Positions 9,546-18,743 of a stretch of DNA of 64,000 nucleotides are shown here, piece by piece. The stretch is from contig CAXXKA010000008.1 of the NCBI GenBank assembly GCA_963668625.2, forward strand, positions 768,001 to 832,000, given 5' to 3'. Both the position numbers and the translations under genes were made by a program. The notes below the pieces were generated by a model, which saw only the letters and a program-made list of their open reading frames with translations, did no database searches and was not told where the DNA came from. The number at the start of each line of letters is the position of its first letter. The first letter of the stretch is position 1. This DNA is from an uncultured candidate division Zixibacteria bacterium (GTDB taxonomy: Bacteria; Zixibacteria; MSB-5A5; UBA10806; 4484-95).

Positions 9546-10238
9546 ATGGAAAACCCGACTATATTTTCGGTATTCTGGTATACTCTGGCAGCATTTCTGA
9601 CATTATCTATCTTTTCATTCCTCTACAAAGATAATCCATTCTATCGTTTTGCCGAGCATCTTATCGTGGGAATTTCGGCCGGGTACTGGATAGCGATATT
9701 ATATCATACCTCTTTAAAGGATCTGTGGATAGAGCCGATGACCGTCAATTTTCAAGCCCTGTTTACCCCCGGAGGTTCGGTGTTTTACGAACTGGGCATG
9801 GTGAGCGTGAATATTTTACCCGGTATACTCGGTTTGATGATGTTTTCCCGGTTTACCGAAAAATTCTCCTGGCTCTCTCGCTGGCCGATCGCGTTCTACC
9901 TGGCGATAACCGCCGGTGTCGCCCTGCCGTTGTACCTTCAGAGCTTTACCGTGCGCCAGATGCAGGCTTGCATGATTGCCCTGGGCGGTTCACCCTATGA
10001 CATAATTGCCGATATAATCGTAATAGTAGGAACAATTTGCGGCCTGGCTTATTTCTATTTTTCGTTGGAGCATAAAGGAGCAATTGGCGGGATGGCCAAA
10101 TTCGGTATCTGGGTACTTATGATCGGGTTCGGTTCGACTTTCGGTTACACGGTTATGTCGCGTATCTCATTATTGATCGGCCGATTCAATTTCCTGATCG
10201 AATGGTTTAATGTTGTAAAAAATTACCTGATATCATAA
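9546..10238 (+). CDS. Module 3 subunit D
   Basis: SFLYKDNPFYRFAEH, FGSTFGYTVMSRISLL. Confidence 0.85.
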   Translation: MENPTIFSVFWYTLAAFLTLSIFSFLYKDNPFYRFAEHLIVGISAGYWIAILYHTSLKDLWIEPMTVNFQALFTPGGSVFYELGMVSVNILPGILGLMMFSRFTEKFSWLSRWPIAFYLAITAGVALPLYLQSFTVRQMQACMIALGGSPYDIIADIIVIVGTICGLAYFYFSLEHKGAIGGMAKFGIWVLMIGFGSTFGYTVMSRISLLIGRFNFLIEWFNVVKNYLIS

Positions 10239-10246
10239 TAATAGTT

Positions 10247-12103
10247 ATGTTTAAAAATGTTGCTAGCCCTATAAGCCTGGCTTATTTGTGTGCTTTATTT
10301 ATATTATTTCCAGAATGCCTGTTCGGGCAGACCACGCCGGCGGCGGAATATCTGTACGATTCCGTGATGGTGGAAATCCATCCCGATTACACCGCCGATA
10401 TTACCTACAAGAAATGCATACGATTCAACCGGGCCGGAGCCGATAAGTATTCGATTCTCAGGGTACCGGTTAATCAGCATATAGATTTCTCGCCGATTAA
10501 TTTCTCGACTCGCTTACCCGATGGCAGGGAACTGACTCTAGAACGGGGTGATATCGAGACTATCTCGGATTTCTCACCTCGTTACTACCCTGAAAGCAAA
10601 ACCAAGGTAATCTATATTCCCTCTCCCAGAGCCGGCGCCGTAGCCGAAATAGCCTATCGTCTGAAATTCGAAAGCCTGCTTTACCTGCCTCGATTTTTCC
10701 GTCAATATGATATACCCTCTAATAATTCTTATTTCGAGGTTAAATCGGGAATCCCCTACGCGTACTATATATCCGAATCATTAGAAATTGGTTTTTTACC
10801 CGATTCCATCCTGGCGGTATTCGCGCCGAGCATACCGGCCAGGATAGTAGAGCCGCATATGCCGGCTCATGATGACTACCAGATTCTGATCAAGCCTGAT
10901 TCCGTGGATTATATGGAAGGCAGGTATGGTTTTTCGCGCTGGCCGGATGTCGCTAATTTCTATAACGATATTTCACCAATGCATGATACGAACGATCTAC
11001 CAATCGTAATAAGAAACCTGGCTGACAGCCTGGTCTCAGGAAGAAATTCGCGAGCTGATTCGCTGGAGTCATTGCTGGGCTATGTATTGAATAATATCCG
11101 CTATATTTCCATGGATATAGGACGGGGCGAGTTCAAACCACTCGAGGCGGTCGAGGTTCTGAGCAAACGTTATGGTGATTGTAAAGACCAGTCGGCGCTT
11201 TTAGTCTCGTTATGTCGGGCTGTCGGGTTCAAGGCTGACCCGGCTTTAATGACCACCAGAGAGAAACCGGATGTTATCATCGAGATGCCCTGGCCGGGGT
11301 TTTTCAATCATGTAATTACCGCGGTCGATACGGGTAACGGCTATCTTTTCCTCGATGCCAGCCAGGCGACCTGTTGTTTCGGTAACCTCCCTTTCAGCCT
11401 GCGTAACCGCCGGGCATTGATATGTGGCGATTCCCCGTTTTTGGAATTCACTCTCACCTCGCCGTACGGACGAAACAATGATATCGATATCGATATGACT
11501 TATAACCTCAACGGCGGTAGTGATATGCGGGTGGATGTGCAAATAGAGATATTCCGCGACCCGGCGCATGTTTTCCATTCACCGAACGACAGGCAAACGC
11601 TTTCTAACGTTATTTACACTTTATTCAGCGAGGATATACTTGGCAGGTACAGCAATAATTTTCGTGCTGAAACTAACAGTCCCGATTATATCAAGATTAT
11701 AGGTGTTTTTTACGAGAATCTGACCGAGAGTAAGCCCGGATCCAGGATGCTCGTTACTACACAATCTCCTTATGTAAAAACATTACGGAATTTCTTCGTG
11801 CTCTCCGGGCGAACCAATCCCTATGAATTCGATTATTCTTTTAACGTGAATGAAACGGTTAATTTCAATATCGGTAACGATTACGAGGCGGAAAATGATT
11901 CACTCGTTATTTCTTTCAATGAACGTGGATTGAACGCCGAGTTAAGCGTACTCACGAATGATAATAACTGCCGGATTAGTAAAAGTTTCCAGTTGTTTAA
12001 CTATACACTTTCGGCGGATAGATATAACAGGTTCGCTGATTTTCTTTTAATTGCCTCACAAATTGGTTATAATTCGATAGAGTTAACCAAGGGGAAAAGA
12101 TAA
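10247..12103 (+). CDS. Secreted DUF3857 + transglutaminase-like protein, catalytic triad intact
   Basis: Signal peptide; NIRY, YGDCKDQS (Cys), FNHVI (His), FLDA (Asp). Confidence 0.8.
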   Translation: MFKNVASPISLAYLCALFILFPECLFGQTTPAAEYLYDSVMVEIHPDYTADITYKKCIRFNRAGADKYSILRVPVNQHIDFSPINFSTRLPDGRELTLERGDIETISDFSPRYYPESKTKVIYIPSPRAGAVAEIAYRLKFESLLYLPRFFRQYDIPSNNSYFEVKSGIPYAYYISESLEIGFLPDSILAVFAPSIPARIVEPHMPAHDDYQILIKPDSVDYMEGRYGFSRWPDVANFYNDISPMHDTNDLPIVIRNLADSLVSGRNSRADSLESLLGYVLNNIRYISMDIGRGEFKPLEAVEVLSKRYGDCKDQSALLVSLCRAVGFKADPALMTTREKPDVIIEMPWPGFFNHVITAVDTGNGYLFLDASQATCCFGNLPFSLRNRRALICGDSPFLEFTLTSPYGRNNDIDIDMTYNLNGGSDMRVDVQIEIFRDPAHVFHSPNDRQTLSNVIYTLFSEDILGRYSNNFRAETNSPDYIKIIGVFYENLTESKPGSRMLVTTQSPYVKTLRNFFVLSGRTNPYEFDYSFNVNETVNFNIGNDYEAENDSLVISFNERGLNAELSVLTNDNNCRISKSFQLFNYTLSADRYNRFADFLLIASQIGYNSIELTKGKR

Positions 12104-12116
12104 TCGGAGGGCCTGG

Positions 12117-14009
12117 TTGATAAAGCGATTCTTATTCATCATAGCGCTCTTTTTAACGTATAACGGGCCTGCTGTCTGCCAGGATTCGCCCCTGTTGTTG
12201 GGAACACTGGCAACTTATCCGGGGCAGGAGGCGGTATACCTGAATATCACCGACAGCACCGGCGTTAATTTTCAGGAGGGCGTATATATCTACAACCGCT
12301 TTTTCAAGTCGGAGGCGATAGTACTTCGCAAAGGTGGAGGAGGTATAGCCAGCGCCGCCACGCCTATCATATCGGACAAGGATAAAATAGAGGTTACGGC
12401 TTATACGATAACTCCCGAAAACGACACCATCCGGGTAGCCGACGATGAGATAACCACGCTGGAGCTTTTCGGTGACAAGAAACGGTATCTGGTGTCATTC
12501 CCCGATGCCCGTGCCGGAGCTATTTTCGTCATGCAATGGCGCATTGTCTCTATCGAGCCTGTGTTTTCCGGCCGGCGTTTTCTGGGAAGAACATATCCTG
12601 TTATATTGAGCCGAACAATTATAAGCGCGCCGACGAGCTGGGTATTTCGTTTCCTGGTTAAACCCTCGTTTATTTGCCGACGGGATCGCTCGCGGGAATA
12701 TATCCGGGATGAGGAATTGTGGATTAACTACGGTTGGGAGGCGAATTCTCTGCCGGGTTTGATTTTCGAGGAGGACAGCCCGCCAGCCTCTGATTTGATA
12801 CCCTGCCTGTACTACGCTTTCTCACACGATAAACGCTGGCCGAATATCGAGGATAACAAAATTGATTGGCCGCTCATATCGAATTCTTACGGCAGGCATG
12901 TTTTCGAAATAGGCAGGCCTAAAAACGAGATTAAAGATGAGGTCAAGTATCTTGTCGAGGGCGTATCCGAAAAACGCGAGAAACTCGCCAAGATAGTGAG
13001 TTTCGTGACGACGAATTTCCAATCGGTTTATTCCGATATCGATATCTCGGACGCTCCCTGGAATTTACTAACGCGTGGTTACGGCTCTCAGGCGGAGGCG
13101 GCAGTACTGGTGGGATCTTTTCTACAGGCCGCTGATATTCCGTTCGGTTACGTGCTTATCTCCACCCGGGGTAACGGCGATCCGATCAAGACGTTGCCGG
13201 CGCTTTTCTATTTTAATCGTTTATTGCTGGCAACTTATATCGATTCAGATACGTTATGGATTGATCCGAACTATCGCGGCGCGCCAATCGGGGTGCTGCC
13301 TTTCGAGGATCAGGCGGTGGAGGGATTAGTGGTTGGCCACAAATCCGGTGAATTCATAACAACCCCGATATCCGATTACCGGGAGAACGGCCATGCGACA
13401 AGGCTTACTATCAAGTTCAACGATAATGAACTGATCGCCGATGGGGTAGAGTTGCTCTCCGGAGCGCTCAATATAGAGGAGAAACATATCCTTCAGAATA
13501 TGACCGAGCAGGAGCGCTATGAACGCTGGGCAAGGCTGACCTCGGAGGGTATACCCGGGGCTGTTCTGGATGAGTTGGAGTTTCATGATATTTTTACCGA
13601 TGTCAACCCGTTCAAAATCAGTTACCGTCTTAAGGCGCCCGGTTACATCAAGTCGGCCGATCAACGACTGTATATCCCGATGGATATACTCGGGCGCTGG
13701 CAGATGAGCACCAACTACGATAATAGGAAACTGCCGATCGAACTGGGAAGACCACTATCGCAGCAGGAGCGGATTACTATCGAGATACCACCGGGATACA
13801 AGGTGGAGAACCTTCCCGAAAACTTCACGCTTAATACCTACCTGGGGGAGATACTTTCGGTCGCGGTTGTCACCGCCAATGCCATAACGGTTACTCGTGG
13901 ACTTGGCTTGAAACCGTATACGTTAAAACCAAGCGAGGCGGGAAGCTTGAACGGTTTTTTCAATACCGCCAGCGATCAAGCCGGGAAATACATAATACTC
14001 AGGAGATAA
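12117..14009 (+). CDS. Secreted DUF3857/transglutaminase-like paralogue, catalytic Cys and His absent
   Basis: GYGSQAE in place of YGDCKD, FNRL in place of FNHV, WIDP; C-terminal ITIEIPPGYKVENLP. Confidence 0.75.
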   Translation: MIKRFLFIIALFLTYNGPAVCQDSPLLLGTLATYPGQEAVYLNITDSTGVNFQEGVYIYNRFFKSEAIVLRKGGGGIASAATPIISDKDKIEVTAYTITPENDTIRVADDEITTLELFGDKKRYLVSFPDARAGAIFVMQWRIVSIEPVFSGRRFLGRTYPVILSRTIISAPTSWVFRFLVKPSFICRRDRSREYIRDEELWINYGWEANSLPGLIFEEDSPPASDLIPCLYYAFSHDKRWPNIEDNKIDWPLISNSYGRHVFEIGRPKNEIKDEVKYLVEGVSEKREKLAKIVSFVTTNFQSVYSDIDISDAPWNLLTRGYGSQAEAAVLVGSFLQAADIPFGYVLISTRGNGDPIKTLPALFYFNRLLLATYIDSDTLWIDPNYRGAPIGVLPFEDQAVEGLVVGHKSGEFITTPISDYRENGHATRLTIKFNDNELIADGVELLSGALNIEEKHILQNMTEQERYERWARLTSEGIPGAVLDELEFHDIFTDVNPFKISYRLKAPGYIKSADQRLYIPMDILGRWQMSTNYDNRKLPIELGRPLSQQERITIEIPPGYKVENLPENFTLNTYLGEILSVAVVTANAITVTRGLGLKPYTLKPSEAGSLNGFFNTASDQAGKYIILRR

Positions 14010-14010
14010 G

Positions 14011-14823
14011 ATGCCGGAATTACCGGAGGTAGAAACAATAGCGCGAGATTTGAACGCCGCTTTAAAAGGCCAGAGCGTTATCGAGGCTGAATTTCTCAAT
14101 ACCGCTATTCGCGAAAATTGCAATCTGTATGATCCCTCGCGGCTCTCAAGACACAGTCTGGAAAATATAAGCCGCCGTGGCAAAAACCTGATCTTCCATT
14201 TTAGCGGCGGCCTGGCAATGGTTTGCCATCTTAAAATGACCGGCCGGCTTATCGTGGATGCCGATTTACGGGAGAATAAAAAACACCTCCATTTCAGGAT
14301 AAAATTCGATAAATCTGATTTGAGTTTTTTCGATGTGCGCAAGTTCGGCCGGATTTGCATTACCTCGGAGAATTTGTTAGATAAACATCCCCGATTGGGC
14401 AAACTCGGGCCGGAACCCTTTGATATCGAGCCGGAGGAGTTTGTCGCGCTCGTAAAAAGACGTCACAAAGCGATAAAGCTGGTGTTACTCGATCAACAGA
14501 TATTAGCCGGGATGGGAAATATCTACACTGATGAGGCGCTTTTCGACGCCGGTATCCGTCCGACGTTAAAGCCGGATAGAATCTCGAAAGCGAAATTGAT
14601 TGAACTGCATGGTTCGATTATCAAAGTTCTTAATATCGCTATCAACAATCGCGGTTCCTCCATAGATGATTACCTGGACGGTCGCGGTCAGAAAGGTAAT
14701 TTCCAAAAACTAATAAAAGTGTATGGAAAAACCGATAAAAACTGTGTGAACTGCGATACTAAATACAAACGAATAATAATCGGTGGGCGTTCGACTCACT
14801 ATTGTCCCAAATGCCAAAAATGA
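14011..14823 (+). CDS. mutM: Formamidopyrimidine-DNA glycosylase
   Basis: MPELPEVE, RRGK, HLKMTG, LLDQ..AGMGNIY, C-terminal C4 zinc finger. Confidence 0.97.
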   Translation: MPELPEVETIARDLNAALKGQSVIEAEFLNTAIRENCNLYDPSRLSRHSLENISRRGKNLIFHFSGGLAMVCHLKMTGRLIVDADLRENKKHLHFRIKFDKSDLSFFDVRKFGRICITSENLLDKHPRLGKLGPEPFDIEPEEFVALVKRRHKAIKLVLLDQQILAGMGNIYTDEALFDAGIRPTLKPDRISKAKLIELHGSIIKVLNIAINNRGSSIDDYLDGRGQKGNFQKLIKVYGKTDKNCVNCDTKYKRIIIGGRSTHYCPKCQK

Positions 14824-15767
14824 ATAAAACATACAACCTGGCGTTCGCGCTCGGCGGCGGCGGCGCTCGCGGTGTCGCTCATATAGGTGTGCTTAAGGTT
14901 TTGGAGCGCGAAGGCATCGTGCCCGATTTAATCGTCGGGACTTCCATGGGTTCGATAATAGGCGGGATGTATGCGCAGCTCGCCGACGCTAAAGCTGTCG
15001 AGGAGAAAGCGCTGGGATTTATCGATAAATTCGTTAAAGAACAGCGCTGGGCAAGCGTGTTGAGTACACAGAAAAAGGAAAGCGAAAAATCTCTGTTAGC
15101 CGAACTTTCCGAGTACGTGCAGAAAAGATTCATCGGTTATAAAGCGCTTACCCAGATTTCCATAGAGCCTAAAGAATCTCTTTTCGAGCCGCTCAAGGAT
15201 ATTCTGATAGACAACAATATTGAGGATTGTAAAATACCATTCGCGGCGGTCAGTCTCGATCTTGTCACCGGCGATACTATAGTGATGCGCGAAGGATCTA
15301 TGCTGGATGCTATCTATGCCTCCTCGGCTATCGAGGGCGTGTTTCCCCCGCTTGAATATAACGGTGGTCTTCTGGGGGATGGCGGCCCGGTAAGTATCAC
15401 GCCTATAGAGGTAGCTAAAAAGCTCGAGTCGCGCTATGTAGTCGGCAGCGATGTTCATCACCGCATTCAGAAAGTGCAGAAATTCGCCAGCGGGCTGGAG
15501 GTGATGCTGCGTGCCGATAACGTCGGCTTGAATCGCCTGAGGCAGATTGAACTATCTTACGCCGATGTCGTTATCGGGCCGAAAGTCGGCTCCATCCACT
15601 GGGCTAATTTCAATAAAGCCAGAGAGTGTATAAGAAGAGGCGAACAGGCCGCCGAGATGATGTTGCCGCGAATAATGGAAATGCAGAAGAGGAGAGGATT
15701 TTTCAAACAGCTTAAACAAGGCGTTCAGCTTTTGTTCAAGGATCTCTCCGAGGGCGATTATCGCTGA
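14820..15767 (+). CDS. Patatin-like phospholipase (RssA/NTE family)
   Basis: GGGGARG, GTSMG, DGG; ATGA overlap with mutM stop. Confidence 0.92.
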   Translation: MNKTYNLAFALGGGGARGVAHIGVLKVLEREGIVPDLIVGTSMGSIIGGMYAQLADAKAVEEKALGFIDKFVKEQRWASVLSTQKKESEKSLLAELSEYVQKRFIGYKALTQISIEPKESLFEPLKDILIDNNIEDCKIPFAAVSLDLVTGDTIVMREGSMLDAIYASSAIEGVFPPLEYNGGLLGDGGPVSITPIEVAKKLESRYVVGSDVHHRIQKVQKFASGLEVMLRADNVGLNRLRQIELSYADVVIGPKVGSIHWANFNKARECIRRGEQAAEMMLPRIMEMQKRRGFFKQLKQGVQLLFKDLSEGDYR

Positions 15768-16134
15768 GCAATCTCGAAAATTTATATCTATGATGCCCGA
15801 ATATCTTATAAGCTAAACCGACTGATTGTTTTATCATTGGTATGGAAATTATATATCCTAGAATTTTATGCGCGCCGTTCATGCTTTTTAATATCATGAT
15901 GATAGCATTAGCTCCCGTGTAAACATTGTTACCCTCGATATATACTATTGACTTTTTGAAGCTTTCCCGATTGATATTCGATTGACCGGTGTTATTTCGA
16001 TAATCTTTCGACTGCTTGTATACGATGTTGGAATCGTTCAACCTGTTGCGCGTTTTATCGACAGCAGTCCGGCAAACCAGGCAATCGCCATCATAGATGA
16101 TCTCTTTCGTTCGAGTTTTCGAATTACCGGCCAT
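15736..16134 (-). CDS. DCC1-like (DUF393) thiol-disulfide oxidoreductase
   Basis: IYDGDCLVC motif, YTGANAI, YKIFGHHRY; SD AAGGA before ATG 16134. Confidence 0.8.
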   Translation of the reverse strand: MAGNSKTRTKEIIYDGDCLVCRTAVDKTRNRLNDSNIVYKQSKDYRNNTGQSNINRESFKKSIVYIEGNNVYTGANAIIMILKSMNGAHKILGYIISIPMIKQSVGLAYKIFGHHRYKFSRLLSDNRPRRDP

Positions 16135-16233
16135 AATTATCCTTACCGAAGTAAGCTCCCCTCCGCATATCAACGGAGGGGAACCCGAGGAGGATGCTAA
16201 ATTTCCATAATAGTAACTTTATTGAAGCAGCCA

Positions 16234-16866
16234 TCAAGACCGCTTGACGAGCTTTTTGTAACGTTCGTTTATTCTCTCCCAATTCAAGTTGGCGAAGAAA
16301 TTATCGATGTATTTCGCGCGGGCAGGGCCATCCTTATGGTAATAAGCATGCTCGAAAACATCACAGGATATAAGCGGAATTCCTCCCCAGATAGCGCCGT
16401 AATGATGCTCATCCACGAGCACGTTCAGCAACCTTCCGGAGTACAAAGAATCGAACGCCAGCACGCCCCAGCCGGAAAGTTTGGCCGAGAACGCGGTAGC
16501 TTTAAAATCCTCTTTCCATTTTTCGATACTGCCGAACTCACTCTCGATGGCGGCTTTTATTTCTGGGCCTTTAGACGGGTTGCCATCTCCACCCAGAACT
16601 TCCCAGTAGACATCATGTAAAAGCGCGCCGGCGTGGTTCCATGTCTGGCGCCTCTTCAACTCGCCGAAATCCGACCAGTTGCCGTTAGCTGTCGATTTAT
16701 CGGCATCCCTAAGTTTCTCCTCGATTTTATTCAAGAAGGTAACATAACCTTTGTGATGCGTGTTGTAATGCCAATCTGAGGTCTCCGGGGAGACAACATC
16801 CTTTAAAAGCTCTTTAGCTTTATCATCATCGTAAGGACGTGGATTGAATTTCCATTCGTAAGCCAT
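16234..16866 (-). CDS. sod: Fe/Mn superoxide dismutase
   Basis: HYNTHHKGYV, LHDVYW, FGS, SGW, DVFEHAYY. Confidence 0.93.
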   Translation of the reverse strand: MAYEWKFNPRPYDDDKAKELLKDVVSPETSDWHYNTHHKGYVTFLNKIEEKLRDADKSTANGNWSDFGELKRRQTWNHAGALLHDVYWEVLGGDGNPSKGPEIKAAIESEFGSIEKWKEDFKATAFSAKLSGWGVLAFDSLYSGRLLNVLVDEHHYGAIWGGIPLISCDVFEHAYYHKDGPARAKYIDNFFANLNWERINERYKKLVKRS

Positions 16867-16983
16867 ATTAAAACTCCCAAAGTTTTAAATTAGAGGTTTC
16901 GGCCGGGTCATTTTCGGGCCCGGCCAGTGTTGTCAAACCAACATGGGCTACAACCATACCTTTGTTTATTATGTTCCTGATTC

Positions 16984-16998
16984 TGATAATTATTATCA
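16984..16998. promoter_or_regulatory. Fur-family box (7-1-7)
   Basis: TGATAAT-T-ATTATCA, exact match to the 7-1-7 Fur consensus, upstream of sod. Confidence 0.75.
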
Positions 16999-17159
16999 AT
17001 ATATACGTATTGTTTTCATGCGAATAGTTTGCCTATAGATATATTTCTGTTTCAACGGGGTGTAACATCTTCGTTAATAGCTCAAATGACCCGACTATTG
17101 AGCCGATTTAGAGAACAGTAATAGAAAGGGTAAATGTAACATCCAAGTGGAGGTTTATA

Positions 17160-18437
17160 ATGAATGCAAGCCGGGCAACCATGGTTATGATTTATATGGG
17201 CACGCTGCTGATATCTGTATTATCGTTTTTTACCACGTATAAAGGTATGAATATTATACTTTCGTGGGAACTGGCGCTTCTGGGTTCGCTGGGTTTGCAA
17301 ACCGCGATGCTGGGGATTGCCTGGAGCCTTATAAAGATTAAGGATAATCGGAGTAGCTACATTATGGCTTTTACGGTAGCGGCTTCTTTTTCGATATTTT
17401 TCTCCTACGCCAGTTTCGATACTAATCTTAAGGAAAACACCCGCCCACGGGAAATGCGTAACGCATATTACGAAACCTCCATGCCGGTAATGGCCGACTA
17501 TTCTCGTCTGGCAAAAAACGCTGGTTTAATCAGCCAGTATCAGGTTGACCGCTTGAAACGTATAATCGAGATGGAGCAGGAGAAAGGCTGGGCGACTATA
17601 ATCGATGAGGGCAGCCAGGACAAATTCATCCAGTCGATAATCGAGGGCGCGCGTGTCACGGTAGATTCGTGGCGTAGATCGACAGGCACGGATTACCGTC
17701 AAGGTAAAGGCAAGGGAATAATAACCAACTACCTGGAAAGCCGTCAGGACCAGGCCCGAAATAATTATATTAAGATACGCGAGTACTCCGATTATGTCGA
17801 TTCGCTGGCATTGAAATTGAACGCCGATATGATGGTCGAGAGGCAACATGAGTTGGTGAATAAAGCCTATGTGAGTTTCCCGGTGAGCGTGGTAAATATG
17901 ATCAAGTATGACTCCGAGACGATCAATCTTCCGGCCCCGCCGATGCCGACCGAATTCGCGGAAGCTCCGGCCAATACTCAGCAAGCGCTCATGATGGTCA
18001 TTGGCGATTTGTATGAGATGGATAAACTCACATTGCTGGCGCTTCTACTGGCAATCGCCATAGATTTCATTGTCATCGCCATCGCATTCGCCGGCTCGCA
18101 CATTATGGCCAAGGCGGATGTGCTACTGGATCGTATCGAGGGCGAATCGCTGAGACGCATGAAAAATATCGAGGTCGATGATGTGGAGAATTTCAACAAG
18201 TTCCTCGACACTAACCTGAACGCCTACAAGAAAGCCGCCCAGTACGGTAAGGATATCGACAAGATACTGGACGATTACCAGAATGCCAAGAACCGCTTAC
18301 AGGAGCTTAACAAGCGCAACTTATCGCCCCAGCACGAGGATTCAGGTATTCAACCGTTGATCGTTAAAGATCGCTCCCGTCTGGATAAATGGCTTAGCTC
18401 TAGCAAGCAGGCGAAAAAGGAACGTAACAGCGCCTAG
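17160..18437 (+). CDS. Uncharacterised membrane protein (3 TM, large helical domain, TM, coiled-coil tail)
   Basis: Long ORF with GGAGG SD; hydrophobic segments at the N-terminus and near aa 290-315. Confidence 0.75.
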   Translation: MNASRATMVMIYMGTLLISVLSFFTTYKGMNIILSWELALLGSLGLQTAMLGIAWSLIKIKDNRSSYIMAFTVAASFSIFFSYASFDTNLKENTRPREMRNAYYETSMPVMADYSRLAKNAGLISQYQVDRLKRIIEMEQEKGWATIIDEGSQDKFIQSIIEGARVTVDSWRRSTGTDYRQGKGKGIITNYLESRQDQARNNYIKIREYSDYVDSLALKLNADMMVERQHELVNKAYVSFPVSVVNMIKYDSETINLPAPPMPTEFAEAPANTQQALMMVIGDLYEMDKLTLLALLLAIAIDFIVIAIAFAGSHIMAKADVLLDRIEGESLRRMKNIEVDDVENFNKFLDTNLNAYKKAAQYGKDIDKILDDYQNAKNRLQELNKRNLSPQHEDSGIQPLIVKDRSRLDKWLSSSKQAKKERNSA

Positions 18438-18490
18438 AACGTAAACCACCGTCTCATGTTGATGAGCGGATTTACATATACCCTTTCTCT

Positions 18491-18515
18491 GCCGGGCATG
18501 ATGCCTGGCTTTTTT
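18491..18515 (+). terminator. Rho-independent terminator
   Basis: GCCGGGCAT-g-ATGCCTGGC then T run. Confidence 0.6.
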
Positions 18516-18743
18516 GTTGAGAAATATATTGTGATGCCTTTCAAACACAGCTTAACACCTCGAAGGTTGGAGAGCCGCGGCTCTCGACTGACCTTCGCTG
18601 GAAATCAAAAATATAACTTTCATGTACAAACAGGTGTTCTGCATTTCAACGCGGGGAAACGAACAGGTCAAATTAGTGTGTATAGCGAATAGATAGAATG
18701 TCTGTTCCCAAAAGTAAAAGCATGCAGGAAGGACTCTGCTTGC

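Noticed and set aside
1-10238. Interpretation of the module as ABC/ECF/TRAP transporter or respiratory complex
   Set aside because: No ATPase, EAA, DctM, Fe-S or heme motifs recognisable
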